A stretch of DNA of 58,003 nt from Chiloscyllium plagiosum (taxonomy: Eukaryota): the NCBI RefSeq assembly GCF_004010195.1, contig NC_057760.1, forward strand, positions 2,862,745 to 2,920,747, read 5' to 3'. A program made the position numbers and the translations under genes. Shown here in pieces: positions 49,393-58,003 of the stretch (its first letter is position 1; the number at the start of each line of letters is the position of its first letter). The notes under the pieces were generated by a model. That model did no database searches and was not told where the DNA came from. It was given only the letters and a program-made list of their open reading frames with translations.

Positions 49393-50811
49393 CTATAAAC
49401 AAATACACAGGCAGTCAGTTCACAGAGCAAAGGAACAAACAGCCAGACAAACATCCGTAACATCTCACTGTACCCGGACCCTTCTCTCCATGATGCTGTA
49501 CCCTAGGGATACAGTAATACAGTCAGCATATTTCCTGGACACCACCCAAACAGTGTGGCAAGCCAGGGCAACCCTCCATAACTGACCCCATGCTGTCCCT
49601 GTCCTGGGAACGTTTGATGGGGGACAGTGCAGAGGAAGCTTTACTCTGTATCTAACCCTGTGCTGTCCCTGTCCTGGGAGTGTTTGATGGGGGGGAGGGG
49701 GGGGGGGAGACAGCACAGAGGGAGCTTTATTCTGTATCTAGCCCACCCTCCAGGGCTCTTTCCCAGTAAGAGTGTATGAGTTGTGGACTGGTCCAACTGC
49801 CCTGACCTAGCTGGTTAGATTCTGAGATGCTCTGTCTTTATTCCAAACAGGAACCCTCCCAGGCTGTGACAGTAAAACCACAGCACTGACTCACTCGCTT
49901 TCACTTAACACCCACCATATGACTAGCTTCCCAGCAATGTGAACAATATCAGCATTCTCTTTTTCCCTTCAGTGCAGGGTTCAGTTTCTGATCAGTTTCA
50001 GAATGAATCTTCATGCAATTAGGCAACGGAGAGTCTGGATCACCGAGAGCTCAGAACCATCATGGGCATGAGCACTATGTGCTCCCTCCTTTCCATTAAC
50101 ACAACTGGTACTCCCTGGACCCACAGGTATTTAATGAAGGGCTCACAAAGCTCTTGCGCTGGCTTGCAAACTCATCTCTGGATCATTCGTACTGATCACA
50201 CCATATAGTGTGCCAGCTGATCTCAGAAGCTAGCTCCTGATCACTAACGCGGGACAGAGGGCTCCAGCCAGGCTTCCCGCCCCTGGGCCCTGTTCAGGTT
50301 ACTGTGTCACTTCCCAGGATTCAATACGGAATGATCTTGTGATCTGCACAGTTGAGTAAAAAGCAGGATTGTTGTAAATGGCATCTGCAAATTTAGATCA
50401 TAAGACAGGATGTTTATCACACTGGTGTTTGAAAGGAAGTATTTTCACTCAAGAAAGTTCTCATTAGAATGTATAAAACCCCCAGTCCTGAGGTTCACTT
50501 TGCTGGAGATCACAGTCTCACTGATGAGGTCCAGTTCCTCTGACCATATCATAATGGCTCTGATGTTCCAATTTCACACAGCATCCGTGAGCTGGCAGAG
50601 GAACTGGCAGATGCTGTTACAATTACAACATTTGAAAGACATTTGGGCATCTACATGAACAGGAAAGCTTTAGAGGGATATGGACCAAACAAAGACAAAT
50701 GGGACAAGCTGAGTTTGGGAAATTTGGCTGGCATGGACAAGTTGGAGCATGCTGTATGACTCTAGAACTGTACTGTACAGGCAACATTGTACTGTACTTT
50801 TCAGAGTGATG

Positions 50812-52148
50812 TCCTGACGAACCTATCCCAACAGTCACTGCATCAGAGATCAGATCAGTTTTCCTTTGTGAATCCAAGGAAAGCAATGGGACCAGACGGA
50901 GTACCAGGCCGTGCACTCAGAGCATGTGCAGATCAACTGGCAGAGATCTTCTCGGATATCTTCAACCTCTCCTGCAGCAGACCACTGTCCCTGCCTGTTT
51001 CAAGAGGGCCAACATCATCCCTGTGCCTAAGGAGGCTCATGCAGCGTGTCTCAATGACTACCGCCCAGTGGTAGTGGTCATGAAGCGCTTTGAAAGGCTG
51101 GTCATGGCATTAAATCAACTCCAGCCTCCCCACACTCTTGACCCACTCCAGTTTGCCTATCGGACCAACAGATCCACGTCAGATGCCATATCACTTGCCC
51201 TTCATTCTGCCCTAGAACATCTTGACACCAAGAACAGTTACGCAAGAATCCTACTCATTGACTACTGTTCAGCCTTCAACACTATTATCCCCTCGAGACT
51301 GATTACTAAACTTAGTGATCTCAGACTAAGCCCCACACTCTGCAACTGGATCCTCAGTTTCCTGACCCACAGGCCACAATCAGTGAAGATTGGGGACAAT
51401 ATTTCATCCTCACTAACCCTCAACACTGGAGCCACCCAGAGGTGCGTACTCAGCCCCCTACTGTACTCACTGTATACCCATGACTGCGTCGCCAAATACC
51501 AGACTAATGCCATTTACAAGTTCGCTGATGACACCACCATAGTCGGTCANNNNNNNNNNNNNNNNNNNNNNNNNNNNNNNNNNNNGCACTGGTTACAAAG
51601 GCCCAACAATGTCTCTTCTTCCTCAGGCAGCTGAGGAAATTTGGCATAATGGCAAATACCCTTGCCAACTTTTATAGGTGCGCCATCGAGAGCATTCTGT
51701 CTGGATGTATCACTACCTGGTGTGGCAACTGTACCATTCAAGATCAGAGACGGTTACAGAGAGTGGTGAACTCGGCCCGGACAATCACAAAGGCCAACCT
51801 CCCATCTATAGAATCCATCTACTAGACCCACTGTCAGGGAAAGGCCACCAGCATTCTCAAAGATCCATCTCACCCTGGCAATGTTTTTCTACAACCTCTA
51901 CCATCGGGGAGAAGGTACAGAAGCGTGAACACACACACCAGCCGGTTTCATAACAGTTTCTACCCTGCTGTTGTTAGAATACTGAATGGTCTCTCAAACC
52001 CTTGACATTCGCTTGTCCCTGTGTTTTTGTTTTTGCTGCTGTTTCCCTATTATTTACTATCTATGCTACATAACGGTGTGATTTGTCTGTGTTGCTCGCA
52101 AAACAAAGCTTTTCACTGTGCCTCTGTACATGGGACAATCAATTAATT
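50812..52148 (+). mobile_element. Second Rex1/Babar-type LINE copy
   Basis: Near-identical to 14430-15870 and includes [11 protein letters not shown]. Contains a short N gap. Confidence 0.9.
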
Positions 52149-53059
52149 GCAATGCAACTCAAAGATTCCATGCTGGTTGGTGTGATAGAAAAGAAGGTAC
52201 ATTGTTTTGCTGTTGGAGGGGTTTTACTGGTGTGTCCATCTGACAGTTCTCAGCCAATAACCCAAGTGTGTCAGCTCTCCCTTTTTTGTGTGTGCTTAAA
52301 ACAATTCCTACCCCTCACTGCTTCTCTTCATGGATACAATGGGATTATAAACTGTGCAAGTGCCGTCACATGAAATGCAGCAGGTACAAGCTGCTACAAC
52401 GGGTCCTGGTGGCACCAGTGTAACATCCTTATCTCGGGAAACAGGAAGCCCAGATTGAAATCCCACTTGTTCCCGAGACATGTCACAACATCTCTAAACA
52501 AGGCGATAAGAAAAGGTCTACAGCAAGCTTCCAGATGAAGGACTTTCTTAAGAGTGTTTTTATCTCAGCCAGGAGGTCCAGGGTGAAGTCCCACCTGATC
52601 CAGAGATGTGACATACCACATCGGAAGAGATTGATTAAAATAACGACAGCAATTTCCCAGAGACAGCAATGTACCCCCCAAAGAGTTAACAACCCTTGAA
52701 CCGGGGTCAGTTATAATTCAGTTGGTGAGACAGCTGCTTTGCATTGAGGACTGATGCTCAGAGCATAGGTTCAATTCCCACATCAGTTAAAGGATTGTCC
52801 TTCTCAATGTCTCAGCTCATATACAGTACGGACTCAGGGGTTAAACTCACCACCAACAATCACCCTCAAAAAGACAGCATTGTCCCATGGTGGGGAGGAC
52901 TGCGGGAACTTTATTTATTCAACCAAACATTACCTACTTGACCTGTCTTATTAACACAAGCTCTCCGAACGATCAATTCACTGAGCGGTGTTTTAACGAA
53001 ACTTGGCACCTTGTTCCTTTCCAGATGAGGCACTTTGTTGCCTCTAGATATGCAGACAC

Positions 53060-53345
53060 GGCGCGGCGCTCCCTCGGCGCTGACCCTCCGACAGTGCCCA
53101 CTCCCTCAGCACTGACCCTCCGACAGTGCCCACTCCCTCAGCACTGACCCTCCGACAGTGCCCCACTCCCTCAGCACTGACCCTCCGACAGTGCCCACTC
53201 CCTCGGCACTGACCCTCCGACAGTGCGGCACTCCCTCAGCACTGACCCTCCGACAGTGCGGCACTCCCTCAGCACTGACCCTCCGACAGTGCGGCACTCC
53301 CTCGGTACTGTCCCTCCGACAGTGCGGCACTCCCTCGGCGCTGTC
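53060..53345. repeat. 33-bp minisatellite (same family) abutting the SCAMP3 exon 1 donor
   Basis: About 8-9 units, ending ~20 bp from the GT. Confidence 0.9.
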
Positions 53346-53364
53346 CCCATGTGGGGCCTCCTAC

Positions 53365-53427
53365 CTCGAACGGGTTGCTGTCGGTGCCGCCGGGCCCGCT
53401 GTTCCGGGCGGCCTGCTGCCAGGACAT
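53365..53427 (-). CDS. SCAMP3: SCAMP3 exon 1 (MSWQQAARNSGPGGTDSNPFE)
   Basis: ATG in a CpG island, an NPF motif and donor GAG|gtagg, in phase 0 with exon 2. Confidence 0.85.
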
Positions 53428-53429
53428 GT

Positions 53430-54060
53430 TGTCGGTGCAGAGTGGGCCCGGGCTGAGACACCAAGAGGCGGAGGCTGCGTGTCGGTGTCTGGGCCTTTCC
53501 CAGGGGGATGGTCCCGGGCCGTGGGGGATGGGCACAGGCTGCGACGGTTGACTCTGATCCCCGAGAGCTCGAGCTCCCCGCTGGGCCCCGCCCACTTGGG
53601 GAACTGGCCCCGCCCTTCACCACCTCGTCCCGCCCCTCCCTGCATTCACCTCCGTCCCTCTCCACCCCACTCCCCTCGGCCTTGGGCTCGCCCCGCCCCG
53701 TACACCATGGCCCCGCCCAATTAGGGGTTGCGCCGCCATTTAGGGTTGGGTCCCGCCCATTCCTTTATCCAAGCGGTTGTAGCCCCGCCCAATCCGCGAT
53801 CGCCCCGCCCTTAGGTGGACCCTGCTTTCCGCCGAGCGAGAGACACAACCGATGCATTTGGGCCCCGCCCCCGCTGGACGTTTCCGCGCCTGACCTTCGA
53901 CCCTGTGGGCTGGTGCCCCCGCCCGCTGCGTATATATCCGCGCCCATTGCGCAACCGCGGCCACCCCCTGGATCAGTGGGGTGCCGCCCACTGTGCATGA
54001 ACCCGCCCACTGGGCGACGTCCAAGCCTGACGGTAAACCCCGCCCCTTGAGAATGACTCC
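53430..54060 (-). promoter_or_regulatory. SCAMP3 CpG-island promoter/5'UTR with many GC boxes
   Basis: High CpG, repeated CCCCGCCC (Sp/KLF) sites and CCCCGCCCAAT composites near 53711 and 53783. Confidence 0.72.
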
Positions 54061-54398
54061 TCCCCCTTGTCCAGAACATTCTTCAAGTGGACATTGTCCT
54101 TGAGCCCATCATGGCAGTTGGGGAATGGAAGGGGGTTGGGGGGGGGCTACCTGATTAGAGAGAGATTTGATGTGATATGGTTTGATTTGATTTATCGTTG
54201 TCACTTGTACCTCGATCCAGTGAAAAGTTTTATTTTGTGCGCAGTACATGTAGATAATATAAGGATCAATTGGGTGATTGTAGGGGTAACATTGGACAGG
54301 TCAAGGAATACAAAGAATGTGCGTAAAAAGCATGGTCAACGTTAGAGTTGAAATTGAGAGTCAATAGTAGAGCGATGCTTGAAAAGCAAGAATAGGAA

Positions 54399-54434
54399 AA
54401 TCGACGTTTCGGGCAAAAGCCCTTCATCAGGATC
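54399..54434 (-). ncRNA. Minimal hammerhead motif in an inverted terminal-repeat fragment upstream of the Penelope copy
   Basis: Reverse complement reads GAUC-CUGAUGA-A-GGGC-UUUU-GCCC-GAAAC-GUC-GAUU, an intact core with a 4-bp stem I. Confidence 0.7.
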
Positions 54435-54555
54435 TGATAACAGCTGTTCTTGAATCTGTTAGTGCGTGTGCTTAAGCGTTAACACCTTCTGCCTAACCAG
54501 GCTGGGAGGGGTCTTCGATGATGTTGACTCAGTGTAGGTGGGGTCAATGGCTGGA

Positions 54556-55037
54556 AAGGCCCCAAAGGAGCCTTCCACATCCATCAACGTTTCACCTGCG
54601 CATCCACCAATGTCATTTATTGTATCCGTTGCTCCCGATGCGGTCCCCTCTACGCTGGGGAGACCGGACGCCTCCAAGCAGAGCGCTTTAGGGAACATCT
54701 CCAGGACACCCGCACCAATCAACCACACCGCCCCGTGGCCCAACATTTACCTTTCAGCTCAGCACCATCCTCATGACCTGTCCTACCTGCCAACCTCCCT
54801 TCCCACCTATCCACTCCACCCTCCTCTCTGGCCTATTACCTCCATCCCACCCCAATCCACCTATTGTACGCTTTGCTACCTTCTTCCCAGCACCACCCCC
54901 CCTTCCCACTGATCATTCCACCCTGGAGGCTCCCTGCCTTCATTCCTGATGAAGGGCTTTTGCCCGAAATGTCAATTTTCCTGCTCCACTCTAATCTAGA
55001 CTCTGATTTCCAGCATCTGCAGTCCTCATTTTTGCCT
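54556..55037 (+). mobile_element. Penelope-like element 3' fragment: GIY-YIG endonuclease remnant plus hammerhead-bearing terminal repeat
   Basis: The frame from 54558 reads GPKGAFHIHQRFTCASTNVIYCIRCSRCGPLYAGETGRLQAERFREHLQDTRTNQPHRPVAQH (VIY-CxxC-YxGET). It is followed by CUGAUGA-AGGGCUUUUGCCC-GAAAU-GUC at 54946-54973. Confidence 0.88.
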
Positions 55038-55479
55038 CAGTGGCTGGAAAGTTGGCTTGTGTTCATGAGTGTCCTGGGCATCCCGGATAGACTGCTTTCT
55101 ATGGTGCATCAATAAGGGTTGGTGAGAGTCTTTATGAACATAACCAAATTTCCTTAACCTCCCGAGGAAGTGGAGGCGTTTGCAATATTCAATCATTTTC
55201 CCCTGTATCTGTAAACGGTGACTATTTTTTGTTCACATTTAGGGAGCAAGGAAATTGTGAAGCAGTGTTAAGGAAGAGTAACAAGTGGAAGTATGCGCCA
55301 CAAACCACAGAATGAGATGGAGTCCATAGAAGGTGGATGGAGAACACATGCACAGGCTCAGTCAATTGAGTGAGATTTATTTTCTTGGTTAAATATACAC
55401 AGAGCACAAAAACGACAGCAAGGTGCTGAAAGAGCACAGCTCCAGGCTGCTGAGCTCCCAAGGCCTTTTATTGCCAAAC

Positions 55480-55936
55480 TAAACCAGTCCTATCTGCCTG
55501 CTCCTGGCCCATATCCCTCCAAACATTTCCTGTTCGTGAATTAATCCAAATGTCTTTTAAACATTGTAACTGTAGCCACATACTTCACTTCCTCTTAAAG
55601 TTTATTGTACATACAAACCCTCTCTCCGTGTAAACAAAAAATGCCTCTCATGTCTTTTACAAATGTTTCTCCTCTCACCTCAAAAATATGCCCCCTTGGT
55701 CTTCAAATCCCCCACCCTAAAGAAAAAGCACCTTATCTGTACCCCTCTTCATAAACCTGTCTAAAATGATTCTCAACCTCCTACACTCCAGTGAAAAGTG
55801 TCCCAGCCTATCTAACCTCTCCTTATAACTGAAACCTCCATCCCTAACAACATCCTGGTAAATCTCTCCTGAACCCTGTCCAGCTTAATAATATTTGTCC
55901 AATAATGTATAACCTGAAATGTATAACCTATAAAGT
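55480..55936 (-). mobile_element. CR1-type LINE 3' fragment
   Basis: Similar to the 30625-31245 copy. Confidence 0.65.
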
Positions 55937-56436
55937 NNNNNNNNNNNNNNNNNNNNNNNNNNNNNNNNNNNNNNNNNNNNNNNNNNNNNNNNNNNNNNNN
56001 NNNNNNNNNNNNNNNNNNNNNNNNNNNNNNNNNNNNNNNNNNNNNNNNNNNNNNNNNNNNNNNNNNNNNNNNNNNNNNNNNNNNNNNNNNNNNNNNNNNN
56101 NNNNNNNNNNNNNNNNNNNNNNNNNNNNNNNNNNNNNNNNNNNNNNNNNNNNNNNNNNNNNNNNNNNNNNNNNNNNNNNNNNNNNNNNNNNNNNNNNNNN
56201 NNNNNNNNNNNNNNNNNNNNNNNNNNNNNNNNNNNNNNNNNNNNNNNNNNNNNNNNNNNNNNNNNNNNNNNNNNNNNNNNNNNNNNNNNNNNNNNNNNNN
56301 NNNNNNNNNNNNNNNNNNNNNNNNNNNNNNNNNNNNNNNNNNNNNNNNNNNNNNNNNNNNNNNNNNNNNNNNNNNNNNNNNNNNNNNNNNNNNNNNNNNN
56401 NNNNNNNNNNNNNNNNNNNNNNNNNNNNNNNNNNNN
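55937..56436. other. 500-N scaffolding gap
   Basis: Exactly 500 N. Confidence 0.95.
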
Positions 56437-57090
56437 GGGGTTCTGTCCCACTTTCTATTTGTGTGCCTTGGTCTGTTAAGGTGGGGGATATAATTTCCAG
56501 TTCTTTTTCACAGAGGTTGGTAAAGGGGGTCCAAATCGGTGTGTTTATTGATGGATTTCCGGCCCTCTAGGAATTCTCTGTTTAGCCTGTTCTAGGATGG
56601 ATGTGTTGTCCCAGTCAAAGTGGTGTCCTTCTTTGTCTGTGTGTAAGGATACTAATAATAGCTGGTCATGTCTTTTGGTGGCTAGTTGGTGTTTGTGTAT
56701 CCTGGTGACTAGTTTCCTGCCTCTCTGACCAATGTAGTGTTTGTTGCAGGCCTTGCATGGTAGTTTTTTAAATGACATTTGTTTTGCTGTTTGCTGGTAC
56801 AGGGTCCTTTAGGTTCATCAGTAGCTGTTTCAGTGTGTTGGTAGGTTTGTGCGCTACCATGATGCCCCATTTGCCAACCTCTGAAAAAGAACCAGAAATG
56901 GTATCACCCTCACCTTCACAGACTGAGACACACAAATAGAAAGTGGGACAGAACACCAGTGCTTCACCAGAGACTCACTGATGATGTTACCGAGTGTGGT
57001 GACGAAACATCTGAAAATAAACTTTCCAGCTCAGTGAGCTAACTTATAACCTGAACCTCAACTCGAGTTACAAATCTTCTCAAAAATCGC
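56437..57090 (-). mobile_element. Second Penelope family: RT-end/GIY-YIG remnant with inverted terminal repeat
   Basis: KPTNTLKQLLMNLKDPVP..NVI and KLPCKACNKHYIGQRGRKLVTRIHKHQLATKRHD..HHFDWDNTSILEQ. Positions 56440-56465 recur inverted at ~56929-56954. Confidence 0.85.
56975..57014 (+). ncRNA. Minimal hammerhead motif of the second Penelope family
   Basis: UCA-CUGAUGA-U-GUUACC-GAGUGU-GGUGAC-GAAA-C-AUC-UGA: 6-bp stem II and 3-bp stem I. Confidence 0.65.
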
Positions 57091-57092
57091 AA

Positions 57093-58003
57093 AGGTCTCT
57101 CATGGCAGGTCTGCACAGGAGGTGAAGTCGCATGGGATCACTGTGAGCTGCTAGGCTGGTTTAGAGGACAGAGAGTAGTGGGAGAAGGGTGTTTTTCTGA
57201 GTGGAAATCTGTGACCAGTAGTGTTAAGTGCTGGGACCCATGCTGTTTAAGATATATATATAAACAATTTGGAGGTGAATGTCTGATTAGGTAGTTTGTG
57301 GGCGACACAAAGGTTGGGGGAGCTGTGCAAAGTGAGGAAGATTGCCAGAGGATACAGCAGGATAAGGGATAGGCTGGAGACTTGGGCAGAGAAATGGCAG
57401 GTGCAGTTCAATCTGGATAAATGTGAGGTGATGCATTTTGGGAGGTTGAGTGCAGGAGGGAAGTATAAATAGCAGAACCTTTAGGAGCAGTTTTCACAAA
57501 GGAGAATGACATGGATGGTGAAATGGGTCTTTTGAAAGATATTAAGCTGGACAAGTCCCTACGACCTGATGGGATCTGTTCCAGAATGCTGAGGGAGCCA
57601 GGTGAGGAAACTGCTGCGGCCTTGAACAAAATCTTTGTCTCTTTAGTCACTGAGAGTTTAAGGGTTACTGCGGATTATATCTGCCATAAATGCTGTTGGA
57701 TGCGAATCTTATCCGATCGAGTGGATCGGTTGGAGAGACAGATAGAAGCGATGAGGAATTTGCAACAGTAACAGTATGTGATGGATGGCAGTTATAGGAA
57801 GGGGGGAAAGTCTCAGATACAGTCACATAGATGGGTTAAATCCAGGAAGGGTGAGAGAGGTTGACACCGAGGGCAGGAGTCTTTTGTGGATATACCCATT
57901 TGAAACAGGTATGCTGTTATGGAAAACGTAGGGGATGATGGATTCTCAGGGGAACGTGGCACGAACAGCCAAGTTTCTGGTATTGAGACTGGCTCTAATG
58001 CAA
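57093..58003 (+). mobile_element. CR1-type LINE ORF2 fragments followed by an ORF1 fragment
   Basis: WAEKWQVQFNLDKCEVMHFG and KSLRPDGICSRMLRE, then ORF1-like DYICHKCCWMRILSDRVDRLERQIEAMR (zinc finger plus leucine zipper). Confidence 0.75.

Noticed and set aside
53158-54079. Several overlapping 100-190-aa ORFs
   Set aside because: Expected in a stop-poor CpG island plus minisatellite. Only 53365-53427 fits SCAMP3.

Overview
Vertebrate genomic DNA, most likely a shark. That is inferred from the mix of HE1-type tRNA SINEs, CR1, Rex1, Tx1 and Penelope repeats. I reconstructed three minus-strand spliced genes by hand, with GT-AG junctions and continuous reading frame. (1) The 5' part of an IGDCC3/PUNC-like (DCC/protogenin family) Ig-superfamily receptor: a signal-peptide exon at 18.6 kb and Ig exons at 0.6-2.8 kb, continuing off the left edge. 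(2) A complete PMF1 (Mis12 kinetochore complex subunit), 5 exons at 23.7-34.7 kb. (3) Exons 1-6 of SCAMP3 at 38.3-53.4 kb, whose 3' exons are lost at a 500-N gap. PMF1 and SCAMP3 are both human 1q22 genes, so the Ig receptor is probably a paralogue that mammals lack at this locus. The rest is LINE, SINE, Penelope and MITE debris plus many minisatellites, including a perfectly homogeneous 4.6-kb array of a 40-bp unit that explains the ~1550-aa ORFs. The most notable hidden signal is a dispersed family of short Penelope-derived insertions. They carry minimal type I hammerhead ribozyme cores (CUGANGA-stem II-GAAAC-GUC), have 11-15 bp target-site duplications, and are often head-to-head palindromes, so both strands encode a hammerhead. 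All homology calls come from recognition of sequence, not database searches.
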